A stretch of DNA of 64,000 bases from Octopus sinensis. Its lineage: Eukaryota. Location of the stretch: NCBI RefSeq assembly GCF_006345805.1, contig NC_042998.1, positions 51,522,001 through 51,586,000 on the forward strand, given 5' to 3'. The notes under the pieces are model-generated. The model was not told where the DNA came from. It did no database searches and worked only from the letters and a program-made list of their open reading frames with translations. Below are positions 1-10,955 of this stretch, piece after piece (positions within the stretch are counted from its first letter, which is position 1; each line of letters begins with the position of its first letter). The position numbers and the translations under genes were made by a program.

Positions 1-41
1 ACACATCCTCAGAGAGTTCTGAAAGAGCTGAAACCTGAATG
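1..41 (+). CDS. Candidate internal exon end of an unidentified host gene (THPQRVLKELKPE)
   Basis: Open frame 1 ending GAATG|GTAAAA. A phase-compatible acceptor TTGCTTAG|C at 145/146 continues as C-LLEHNSDQNHSIYYQLVNN, but no convincing donor was found for that exon. Confidence 0.3.
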
Positions 42-618
42 GTAAAATCCATCATGCTCTGAGTGCCTAGTTACTTAACAACTAGGTCATAAATCTTCTC
101 ATTAGCTTTAGTGATATAACCATTATAGTAATAATTGTTGCTTAGCTTACTTGAGCATAATTCTGATCAAAATCATTCAATTTATTATCAGCTTGTCAAC
201 AACAGTTCTATTTACTATTCAGTCCACATATTAAGAATCCTTTTATTCCTTTATTCTTTTACTTGTTTCAGTCATTTGACTGTGGCCATGCTGGAGCACC
301 ACCGTAAAGGGTTTAGTCAAAGAAATCAATCCCAGGACTTATTCTTTGTAAGCCTAGTACGTATTCTATCAGTCTCTTTTGCTGAAGAAATGTGTAACTG
401 GCGCAACACTGAAACTTGGATACCAATTAGTTTTCCACATTTTTATTTTAATCAATCAGAAACATTGGGAATTGATTGAAAGGTAAAAACACACTCTATG
501 TATTCAAAATATGTGCTGCACTTCAACACAAAGTTCTAAATAACATTTCTTGAAGCTTATTGCATTACATGCATAATGTCTTACATAATTAAATCAAGAC
601 ATTTTACATGCATTGCAG

Positions 619-696
619 GTAACTGTGGAAGCTCTGTAATACTGCGAATCACTGATCATAATGTGACTGAAATTTCCATGAACAGGGCACAACCAG
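619..696 (+). CDS. Candidate exon, phase 1-1 (GNCGSSVILRITDHNVTEISMNRAQP)
   Basis: TTGCAG| acceptor and CAG|GTACAT donor; 78 nt; only one frame is open; phase matches the next exon. Confidence 0.5.
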
Positions 697-780
697 GTAC
701 ATATAACTGAAAATATAAAGTACTGTGTATAAGAATAAAATCCACCCTTACAGCATATCATAATGGTTCCATTGGTTTAA

Positions 781-1001
781 CCCTTTAGTGTTCGCATTAT
801 TCTGCCAAAATTAATGCTTTTTTATCCAAATTGTTTTGAACTAATCATGCATTATTTTGTAGCTATGAGATTTTGATGAGGTAGCTGTTAATTTTTAAAA
901 TGATGTTGTAGGATTGGTGTGAGAGACTAAATCTGGCCAATTTGAACATAAAACAGTCAGAATACTTTTGGCCGGATATGGCCGGTTTAAATGCTAAAGG
1001 G
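781..1001. mobile_element. piggyBac-type non-autonomous MITE, 221 bp
   Basis: TTAA on both sides (777-780, 1002-1005); TIR CCCTTTAG...CTAAAGGG; second copy at 17688-17908. Confidence 0.85.
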
Positions 1002-1021
1002 TTAAAGTAATTATTTGACAG

Positions 1022-1053
1022 GATTTTGTGGACTAAATTTAAAATGCCAAAAC
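1022..1053 (+). CDS. Candidate exon, phase 1-0 (GFCGLNLKCQN)
   Basis: TTTGACAG| acceptor and AAC|GTAAGT donor; phases link the flanking candidate exons. Confidence 0.45.
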
Positions 1054-1108
1054 GTAAGTGATGCAACAAATTCTAAGGCCTCAGTAAATTATTTTTGCTG
1101 ACAAACAG

Positions 1109-1185
1109 GATGATCTTCTAAAAAATAACACTGCCAAACTGTGGTTTTATTCCAGTTCTTCCTTAAAATACATCTTTGCAAGATG
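1109..1185 (+). CDS. Candidate exon, phase 0-2 (DDLLKNNTAKLWFYSSSSLKYIFARW)
   Basis: AAACAG| acceptor and ATG|GTAAGT donor; only the phase-0 frame is open. Confidence 0.5.
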
Positions 1186-1210
1186 GTAAGTTTTTTTTTT
1201 TTTTTTCTAG

Positions 1211-1247
1211 GTTGGAACTGGATACCTACCTTTTGTCCTTACAGTGA
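1211..1247 (+). CDS. Candidate terminal exon (W-LELDTYLLSLQ*)
   Basis: Poly-T CTAG| acceptor, phase-2 compatible, ends in TGA; the preceding intron is only 25 nt. Confidence 0.35.
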
Positions 1248-1372
1248 AATTGTCATCTTCTAGACAGGATCCAAGACTGCTGCCCTGATTACATTTTTAT
1301 CATAATTTATCAGTTTTTATCTCCTTTTGCTTGGAATTGCCCTATCATCATCATCATCATGGCACCTGTATC

Positions 1373-1583
1373 TACTCTTTTACTCTTTTACTTGTTTCAG
1401 TCATTGGACTGCGGCCATGCTGGAGCAGCACCTTTAGTCGAGCAAATCGACCATGGGACTTATTCTTTGTAAGCCCAGTACTTATTCTATCGGTCTCTTT
1501 TGCCGAACCACTAAGGTACGGGGACGTAAACACACCAGCATCAGTTGTCAAGCAATGCTAGGGGGACAAACACAGACACACAA

Positions 1584-1623
<40 letters not shown>

Positions 1624-1796
1624 ATATATACGACAGGCTTCTTTCAGTTTCTGTCTACCAAATCCACTCACAAGGCATTGGTCGGCCCGGGGCTATAGCA
1701 GAAGGCACTTGCCCAAGGTGCCACACAGTGGGACTGAACCCGGAACCATATGCTTGGTTAGCAAGCTACATACCACACAGCCACTCCTGCGCCTAT
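1373..1796 (-). mobile_element. tRNA-headed SINE, family B (CORE-like CCTTGGGCAAGT box, internal CA/TA microsatellite, long tail)
   Basis: Minus strand reads GGAGTGGCTGTGTGGT...GGTTCAGTCCCAC (A/B-box-like) then GGCACCTTGGGCAAGTG; many related copies occur in the window. Confidence 0.8.
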
Positions 1797-2344
1797 TTTA
1801 AGTACGGTTTAGCAACCCTAATGATTATCCAAAATTCTAATTTAATTTAACACTGTCGTCCTTGAGCTCCCAAATCTTCATGGCTAGAGACGTCCTGCCA
1901 GCCCTATGTCTTAATTTAAAGGAAGAACAATGGTTACATAACCTGGAACCATGTGGTTGGGAAGCAAGCTTCTTACCACATAGCCAAGCTTGCGTCTATA
2001 ATATTTAATTTTTTTCAATACGAGTATTTTTTTTTTTACCAAATTTCTCTTTCTCATTTATTATTCTCAACTCTTTATCATTTCAGTTTTATATATTTTA
2101 TTCTTCAATTAGTATTTCTTCTTTTTCTTTTTTTACCTTGAAATTACCTAATTTGTTTTTAATGTCTAAGTCATTAAATGAATAAATAAATAAATAGATA
2201 AAGCCTTTAATTTTAAATTATGTTTTTAATGGTCTGACATTTTTCTTTTTTCTTGTTAAAATGGAAGGTTATAACAGTGAACTGAGAGATTTTATATTTA
2301 TGAATGGCTTGGAAATTAATGAGTGAAAAGCTAATACTTCAACT

Positions 2345-2600
2345 TAAGAGAGGGGCGAGGAGGGAGGGAGGGAGGGAGGAATGAAGGAACGAAGGAAGGA
2401 AGAGAAAGAAAAGAGAAAAAAAATGAGAGAAAAAGGGTGACGAAAAATAGTGTGAGAAGGAAAAGAGAGAGAGAGAGAAACAAAGAAAGAAAGAAGAAAG
2501 AAAAGGAAATAGAAAGGGAGAAAGAGAATGAGAGAGAGAGAAAGAAAGGAATGAAGGAACGAAGGAACGAAGGAAGAAAGAAAGAAAGAAAAGTCTAAAG
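2345..2600. repeat. Polypurine GAAA/GGAA/GA low-complexity tract
   Basis: Direct inspection. Confidence 0.9.
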
Positions 2601-2831
2601 AAAAGCTGTTTGCATAAATATATAGAGTGACATCAAGTTTTGGTAAATATTTGTCTTTTAGATTCTAAGAAGAGAGCAAAAACAACATATTTTCAAGATT
2701 TTATATTTTTATATTATTTAATAGATTCAGGGGAAATGTAGTTCTACCTTTTATAAAATGCAGATTTGTTTTCAATACTGGCAAATATTTTAATTTACAT
2801 TGTCTCCATGTTATGTATATATACATGTATG

Positions 2832-2909
<78 letters not shown>

Positions 2910-3029
2910 TACGTGCAGGCATGACAGAAGTAAACAGACACCCTTATAATCATTAAGATTTATTTAAATCTGAAATTATACATTCAAATTATTTATTAAT
3001 TGTTATAATGTGAATATTTAATATTTAGT

Positions 3030-3468
3030 GGACATGCCCTCTGCATTCTTCAATGCAAGGACCCTATTAGGTATGTTACTAATCAGATGAGAAATATTCT
3101 CTTGCGGAATTTCTTGCCAAGTTTCATGCAGTAATCGCAAAAGATCTGGCTTTCAAGATGCTTTCTTGTTCTTTTTATGAACTGTCCTGTTCATTATGTC
3201 CTAAAGGTGTCTAATAGGGTTCAAATCTGGTAACTGGCTTGGCAATGGAAGCTTTTTAATGCCATTCTCATCCAACAAATCTTGGGTCATTTTAGTCGTG
3301 TGACAAGGAGCCCCAACATCCATAAATAAAGAGTCTTCTTTAATTATTTCACCATTGGAGAAGATTGGAAGGAGTCCTTTCTGCAATATAGGCACATATT
3401 TGTCTCCCTCACACTCCACAAGCTCTGATCAACCATTACTCCAAATTGCTCCCTAAACCATCAGCATG
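3030..3468 (-). mobile_element. Tc1-family transposase fragment (decayed)
   Basis: Translates to MLMVWGAIWSNG...FMDVGAPCHTTKMTQDLL...LPSQLPDLNPIRHL, matching the Tc1 WG / DxAPCH / SPDLNPIE motifs. Confidence 0.8.
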
Positions 3469-3549
3469 GAAAACAGACATTAAATTATGATGATGATGAT
3501 GATGATGAAGATACACTCACACACACACATACACACACACATGTATATA

Positions 3550-4422
3550 CAGGGTGTGATGGGTACATTGTCGCCATTTTATATTTTTAATTTCATTCAT
3601 GTGCATTGTTTGTTTTTGATTTTGTTGTCTACTCAGTATAATAGGGTCATTTTGGCACTGTCTGTAAGTATAACAGCACCATGACGCAATTCACTCTGTC
3701 AGAAATTTGGAAATGACATGCTGTACTGCTTGGCATTTGCACCGGAGGCTCCAATACGAAAATTTCAGAGGACAGTGCAATCTGAGGACATGTACCAAGA
3801 GTGCTAAAAATCAAACGTCCAGTCAACATCATGGTGTTAGGAGTGATCACTAGTGATGGCAACGTTATGATTCCATTTATCTTCCCACATGGCCTCAGAC
3901 TCAACACAGAAGCCTACATCAAGTGCCTGGAGGAGGTAGTGATGCCCTGGGTCAAGAGGGTGGCTGCTGGAGGACGCTATGTCTGGCAACAAGATACTCC
4001 ACCATACCAAACAAGCAGGAGAATCCAATCATGGCTGTCAGACAATTTCTGCAACGACATCACCCCTAACATCTGGCCACATAACCCCCCCCCATATGGC
4101 AAACCCCTTGATTATTATGTGTGGGGTGCAGCTGACCAAGAGACCAACAAAACTCCTTGTAACACCGAAGATGAACTGAAGGCAAGGATTATGGCAGCAT
4201 TTACCAACTTAAGCAAGGAGACAGTCCAGAAGAGTTGCAGGAGATTCCGAAGTTGTCTGGAGGACGTTGCTGAAGCCAATGGTGATTTTATTGAGTAAAT
4301 TTACTCTTTAGTATTTCAAGACATTTGTATGTTAATTTTGGTAAATATATCTGTTAAAATGAGATGTTAGTGTCATTTTCATTTTTGTGCAATTTAGACA
4401 ACAGTTTACTCATTGCACCCTG
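3550..4422 (+). mobile_element. Internally deleted Tc1/mariner element, maT (DD37D)-like, 873 bp
   Basis: Imperfect TIRs CAGGGTG(T/C)...; TA flanks inside TA microsatellite; ORF 3801-4298 carries QQD...WPHNPPPYGKPLDYYVWG, with 38 residues between the last two Asp; no N-terminal DNA-binding region. Confidence 0.9.
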
Positions 4423-4472
4423 TATATATATATATGTATATATACACACACACACACATGTATATATATATA

Positions 4473-4503
<31 letters not shown>

Positions 4504-4725
4504 ATGTATGTATGTATGTATGTATGTATGTGTATATGTAAATGTATATGTGTGTATATATATATATATGTATGTATATATGTATGTGTATGTATGTGCG
4601 TATATATATATATATATATATGATATGTGTATGTGTATATATATATATGTATATATATATGTATATATATGATGATACATATATATATATATATATATAT
4701 ATCATATATACATACACACACACAG
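4423..4725. repeat. Compound (TA)/(CA)/(TATG) microsatellite
   Basis: Direct inspection; source of several spurious ORFs. Confidence 0.95.
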
Positions 4726-5204
4726 AGTGAGCTTGAACACAGTTTCTATCTACCAAATTCACTCACAAAGTATTGGTCAGCCCAGGGCCATAGCAGAAAA
4801 CAGTTACCCAAGTTACTGCACAGAGGAACAAAACCTGAAACCACATAATTGCAAAGCCAGCTTCTAAATCACACAGCCATGCCTGTGGTTAAATTTTTGC
4901 AAAAACAAGAAGCTAGCTTAATTTCTTATCAGAGATCTTGATTTTTCTCTTGCTGCTGTTTTGTAATGTAAACCATCTAATGACATTTGTAATACTTACG
5001 TATTGATCTTCATAATCTGATACAAGTAATTTCCTCCAAAGATATCAATTACGATCTGACTTTATTTACAGTTTGGTGGTTTATGGATAATTAGTTTGGC
5101 ACATGGGGTTTATAGTGTTATATTTCACTGCAGACAGCCCTCTACCAATGAAATCCTGGATAAAAATAGAAATAACAACAACAACAACAAGAGCAATGAT
5201 GATG

Positions 5205-5980
5205 ATTTCAAATTTTGGCACAAAGCCTGCAATTTTGTGGGAGGGGGATAAGTTGATTACATTGAGCCCAGTGCTTGACTGGTACTTATTTCATTGACCC
5301 CAGAAGGATAAAAGATAAAGTTGACCTCGGCAGAATTTGAACTCGAATGTGAAAACAGACGAAGTGCTGTTAAACATTTCGCCCAGCACGCTAACGATTG
5401 TGTCAGTTCACTGCTTAATATCGTAATAACAATAACAATAATAATAATAATAATAAGGATTTCAAATTTTGCCACAAGGCAGCAGTTTTGGGGGAGGGGA
5501 TGAGTTGATTACATCAACCCCAATATTCAATTGGTACTTGTTTTATCAACCACAAAAGGATGAAAGGTAAAGTTGACCCCTCAGCAGGATTTGAACTCAG
5601 AATGTGAAAACAGACAAAAATGCTGTTAAGCATGCTAATGATTCTGCCAGTTCACCACTTAATATCACGACGACGATGATGATGGTGGTGGTGGTGGTGG
5701 TGGTGGTGGTAATAATAATAATAACAATAATAATAATAATAATGATATTAATAATTCTTTCTACTATAGACACTAGGTCTGATGATACACCCCACCACAC
5801 ATATATACACACACCACACACCATACCACACCACCTGCTAGGCCTCAACCAGTGTTTATTTCATTGACCCCGAGAGAATAAAAGGCAAAATCAACCTTGG
5901 CAGAATTTAAACTCAGCACATAAAAGCAGAAAAAATGCTGTTAAGCAATTTTTTCTGGTGTGCTAATGATTCCGCCAGAT
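5205..5980 (-). mobile_element. Three decayed family-A SINEs separated by (AAT)/(GGT) tracts
   Basis: Repeated reverse complement of GTTCTGAGTTCAAATTC...GACTTTGCCTTTCATCCTTTCGGGGTCGATAAA. Confidence 0.75.
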
Positions 5981-6094
5981 CTCCACATTTTAATAACAAT
6001 AACAATAATAATAATAATAATAATAATGATAATCATAATAATAATAATAATAATAATAATAGTAAAAGTGATAATAATAATTATTATTTACATT

Positions 6095-6275
6095 ATTTAC
6101 ATTCAACGGATATTTGTCCTCATCTTGTTTGTTGTTAACACAACGTTTCGGCTGATATACCTTCCAGCCTTCTTCAGGTGTCTTGGGGAAATTTTGAACC
6201 ACCTCCCCCTGTGGGATGAAGTTAAAATAATAGATAGAGAACACCACTGGAAAATACGAAAACTAAAAGAAGCTT
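6095..6275. mobile_element. Penelope-like element fragment: plus-strand GIY-YIG C-terminal piece with an inverted pLTR piece
   Basis: Plus strand NHLPLWDEVKIIDREHHWKIRKLKEAF resembles the end of a PLE endonuclease; the adjacent minus strand carries a hammerhead motif. Confidence 0.7.
6138..6181 (-). ncRNA. Minimal type I hammerhead ribozyme (PLE type)
   Basis: acac CTGAAGA a ggctg-loop-cagcc GAAA c GTT gtgt: core boxes, stem II and stem I all pair. Confidence 0.7.
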
Positions 6276-6604
6276 TTTTCAGTTTCCATCTACCAAATCC
6301 ATTCACAAGGCTTTGGTCAATCCAAGGCTATAGTAGAAGACACTTGCCCAAGGTGCCATGCAGTGGGACTGAACTCACAACCATAGGGTTGAGAAGCAAG
6401 GCTTCTTATCACACTGCCATGCCTGCACTTCATACATGCACAAGATTTAAGTTCTAATAAGGAGTCCTATGCAGCTTTAGAAAAATCTGAAGTTATTTTA
6501 CATGCACAACCTTTGATTTCTCTATAAACCATGCCAAGATTAATGAGAAACTTGGCAAGCATATTTACTATGTCAATAGATTTTCTGTATACTGATATGA
6601 GAAT

Positions 6605-7170
6605 GATGTGTATGTAAGTGTGTGTGTGTGTGTTTGTGTATGTGTGATTGTGTGTGTGTGTGTGAATGCATACACATGTGTATGTGTGTATGTGTATGCG
6701 TGCATGCGCATGTGTATATATATATATATGCACATGCATACATATACGTTATACATATTTACAAATATATGTGTGTGCATGTTAACATGGAAAACATGTT
6801 ACATGATAATGATGATGATGAGGACGAGGAGGAGGAGGTATGTATGTATTTATATATATATATATATACATTCATATATATGCATATTTACTTCATGTGT
6901 GTGTGTGAAAGTGTGTATTTATATATTTGTAAGGTATGTGTGAGAGCATATTTGCATATCTACATATATATATGCACCTGTGTGTTCATACATATATTTT
7001 TATATACATATACATACATGTATGTGTGTGTGTGTGTATATGTATGTATGTATGTACGTATGTATGTACGTATGTATGTATGTATGTATGTATGTATGTA
7101 TGTGTGTGTATGTATGTATGTATGTATGTATGTATATACACATGCACATATATTGATATCTGCATTTGTG
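6605..7170. repeat. Compound GT/TA/TATG microsatellite region
   Basis: Direct inspection. Confidence 0.9.
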
Positions 7171-7427
7171 TACATATGAACATGACTATTAAAATTTGAA
7201 AAGGGAGATGGATGTTCTCTGATATTAATCATATCTGATGTCGATATCCTGATGCTGCTATCATGTAAACCACTACATGATAGAGACAAGGCTTGTAATT
7301 ATTACTCAGTCTGGAAAAGAGTGAAAGCCACTACATTTGTGTAGACATGACTTCTAATATTGTTCAAACAAGGTGAGACTAATACAATGATTTGAATTTT
7401 GGGGAGCGATTTCAAAATGCTACATAT

Positions 7428-7670
7428 CATCATCATTTAACGTCCATTTTCCATGCTAGCATGGGCTGGACGGTTCGACCGGTGTCTGGAAGCCAGGAGG
7501 CTGCACCAGACTCCAGCCTGATCTGGCAGTGTTTCTACAGCTGGATGCCCTTCCTAACGCCAACCACTCCGTGAGTGTAGTGGGTGCTTTTTACGTGCCA
7601 CCAGCACAGGTGCCAGGGGAGGCTGGCAACTTCCACGATCGGTTGGTGCTTTTTACGTGCCACCAGCATC
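7428..7670 (-). mobile_element. SINE/retroposon 3' part with (GAT)n tail (family E)
   Basis: Minus strand GTTAGGAAGGGCATCCAGCTGTAGAAAC...GGACGTTAAATGATGATG; partial second copy near 7720-7830. Confidence 0.65.
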
Positions 7671-7989
7671 TAATAATAATAATGAAATTATTGCATACAG
7701 TACTCAGGTGCACCACATCATCATCATCATCATCATTTTAGTATCTGTTTCTCCATGCTTGCATAGGTCAGATGGAATTTGCTGAGGTGGATTTTCTCTA
7801 GCTGGATGCCCTTCCTGTTGCCTGCTTTCATCTGTTCCTATGTTAGGTAATATTTTCCCCACAACCAGACGTGCTTTCACAGAATACTAAACAAAGGACA
7901 CCACTTCCATGATGGTGACATTCGCTTTACTACTACCACTTGAAATCAAGGCTAGGAGAGAGTACCCCCCCCACACACACACATACACA

Positions 7990-8255
7990 TAAAGGGTAAA
8001 GGGTAAAGGTCTCTTTGGTAATGAATGACCATGAGATTGCACCAGAAAGTTCCCCTCTGAGGCACAAGTCCAGGCAAGGTTATTATGGAAGACCAACAGT
8101 CACCCATGCGCACCAGCCTTCTCTCGCCATGCCACCAATGTTATCTAAGGAAAAGGTAAAGGCAATACAGCTTGGCACCAGTGACATTGCAACTCATTTC
8201 TACAGTTGAGTAAACTGGAGCAACGTGAAATAAAGTGTCTTGCTCAAGAACACAG
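7990..8255 (-). mobile_element. SINE with (TTTACC)n tail (family F)
   Basis: Shares TTGAGCAAGACACTTTATTTCACGTTGCTCCAG with family D; related copy at about 45215-45900, split by a MITE. Confidence 0.65.
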
Positions 8256-8500
8256 CATATATAATATAGGTAGTTAAGGTAAATCCCAGCTTGTTTCCTC
8301 TTGAAGCACATCTGCTAATTCCATTATAATAATCCACTGTGTAGTCACAGTTGTTGCTGTATGTTAGTTAAAATACATATTAAAATTGAGAATTATGGAA
8401 ATAGTATTTGCAAAGTTATTGTATATTAAAAAAAAAGCATTGGAAAATTTTAATATTATTAATTCACCATCTTATGTATTTCAAGGTAAATAAATAATAC

Positions 8501-8539
<39 letters not shown>

Positions 8540-8542
<3 letters not shown>

Positions 8543-8753
8543 TTTATTTTAAGCAGCAGAAAATTCAACAAAATCTGTTACTCTGAGTTCCTCGTTGCCG
8601 TTCATCAGACAGTTTTTGCTAGCAACGGCAACGAGAAACTCAGAGTAACAGATTTTGTTGAATTTTCTGCTGCTTAAAATAAAGCATATTACTCTACCAC
8701 TGGTATTTGAGTACTCTTTTTTCCACCTTGTTTCACATTTATGTGTTTACTCC

Positions 8754-8755
<2 letters not shown>
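8540..8755. mobile_element. Penelope-type pLTR fragment with 5' inversion (about 63-bp hairpin arms) within (TA)n
   Basis: 8540-8602 is the reverse complement of 8624-8686; hammerhead motif inside; related copy at 44631-44785 in opposite orientation. Confidence 0.7.
8575..8612 (-). ncRNA. Minimal hammerhead ribozyme motif (GAAA box reads GGAA on this arm)
   Basis: ctgt CTGATGA acg gcaa cga GGAA ctc a gag TA acag; the other hairpin arm retains GAAA. Confidence 0.55.
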
Positions 8756-8806
<51 letters not shown>

Positions 8807-8898
8807 AATATGAGGAAATAAACAGACAGAGAATAAAAAGAGAGAGAATAAAAAACACTTGTGAATTTAGTGATCAATCATGGTGACTATAAATATAT

Positions 8899-8941
<43 letters not shown>

Positions 8942-9657
8942 GTAATTAAGTTTATGTCGAGTCATAGAGTGACCAATGGTTCTGCATCCACAAAGCCTTA
9001 ACCTCACAGACGTCTCATCAAACTCTAAAGCCAAAAAAACCCTTCTCCCTACCAGTATATTCTCAAAATTAATTTACACTACAAGATCCTTTCAAATGAA
9101 CAGTACATGGAATTAATAGCTGCACACTATCCATTTGAAATAACAACATATGAATTCTTATTGGAATTTATACACCATAGACAAGAAGCCTCTTTACCCA
9201 TTCTACACAGCACATTCCTTGGATAATGGAACAGCAACTTTAACATCCAACATGTATTTTTATTTTCATATTTCCCTTTATACTTCATGCATTAGATCTA
9301 ATTTCTTGTATATCTCTTCCTTTCCAAAATAGCTTCTTATAAAATGAACTCTACTAATTCCTTCTATTGAAACTCTTTTAACTCATCTTCTATGATTGGA
9401 TGTCATTTGTTTCCCTGAAACAGCTGTAAAACCACCTTTCTCTTTATAAATGTCCTAGAAATATCACATTGCCTTGGCCTTGTTACCTTATTTTATTTAA
9501 CATATATATGTTTGATGAGCTTTTCATAATTACTGTTTATGAAACCCACTTACAAGGCATTAGTCAGCTAGGAGTTATTGTGGAAGACGTTTGCCCAAGT
9601 GCCATGCAGTGGGACTGAACCAAAACCAAGTAGTTGGAAAGCCAACTTCTTACCAGA

Positions 9658-9800
9658 GAACTGTGCTTGAGCTTATATACAACCAGATATATATACAGCT
9701 TATATACAACAGCTTATATACAAAGACAACTGTGCTTGAGTTTATATACAACCATATATATATATACAGCTCATATACAGCTTATATGTATAGCTTATAT
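9658..9800. repeat. Minisatellite: about 72-bp duplication built from CAGCTTATATAC sub-repeats
   Basis: AACTGTGCTTGAG occurs twice with interspersed AGCTTATATAC motifs. Confidence 0.7.
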
Positions 9801-10416
9801 ACAATTCCTCCACTTTCAAGTTCTATAGCATTTTAGATCATAATAAGAAATAAATTGGTCAGAGTGCCCCTGGTTTTATTTTGATTATGTCTGGTAGGTT
9901 ACCTCCTTTATTCATGACTCTTCAGAAATAATTAAGTGTCCTTCCATATCCTATATGCAACGAAAACTCAATATCCCAAGATTTTAAGTAGTTCACTCAT
10001 AGGTGAGATGCAGCTCTTCAGACATAAAAACAGAAAAAAGAGATCTAAAGTGCCAAGAGAATCTTGTCCAAACCCCCCAAAAATGAATGGCATTGATCTC
10101 TTGTAAGACCATGCTTTCCTGTTTCCCAAACTACATACTTATGTATGTATGTACGTATGAATGTGTGTAATTTCATCTATCAAATCCACTCACAAAGATT
10201 TCGTTGGCTATAATAAAAGACACTTGAGCAAGGTTCCACACATTGGGATTGAACCAAGAACCGTGTGGTTGGGAAACGAACTTCTTACCACACATCATGT
10301 CTGTACCTATACGCGCACACATTTGTTGATACATATACACACATAAACACACGTTATAAAACAATGACACTGCTATCAAACTATGTCACTAACATGTCTA
10401 ACACCATGATATTAAT

Positions 10417-10955
10417 GGCAAGGCGGCGAGCTGGCAGAAACGTTAGCACGCCGGGTGAAATGCGTAGCCGCATTTTGTCTGCCATTACGTTCTGATTTCA
10501 AATTCCGCCGAGGTCGACTTTGTGTGGAACCTTGCTCAAGTGTCTTTTATTATAGCCAACGAAATCTTTGTGAGTGGATTTGATAGATGAAATTACACAC
10601 ATTCATACGTACATACATACATAAGTATGTAGTTTGGGAAACAGGAAAGCATGGTCTTACAAGAGATCAATGCCATTCATCCTTTCGGGGTTGATAAATT
10701 AAGTACCAGTTACGCATTGGCGTCGATGTAATCGACTTAATCCGTTTGTCTGTCCTTGTTTGTCCCCTCTATGTTTAGCCCCTTGTGGGTAGTAAAGAAA
10801 TAGAAATAGGTATTTCGTCTGTCTTTATGTTCTGAGTTCAAATTCTGCCTTTCATCCTTGCAGAGTCGATAAATTAAGTACCAGTTGTGTACTGAGGTCG
10901 ATCTAATCGACTGGCCCCTCTCCCAAAATTTCGGGCCTTGTGCCTAGAGTAGAAA
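10417..10955 (+). mobile_element. Family-A SINE interrupted by a 160-bp inverted local copy, followed by a partial tandem unit
   Basis: Head GGCGAGCTGGCAGAAACGTTAGC and B-box-like TTCAAATTCC; the body resumes at 10681 CCTTTCGGGG. Confidence 0.85.

Noticed and set aside
460-482. Micro-exon KHWELIER with AG|GTAAAA donor
   Set aside because: Its phase is incompatible with the neighbouring candidate exons.
4354-4762. Numerous YI/HT/CV/MYVC-rich ORFs here and at 6.5-7.2, 22.6, 23.6, 37.8, 41.9 and 55-57 kb
   Set aside because: These are translations of di- and tetranucleotide microsatellites that lack stop codons.
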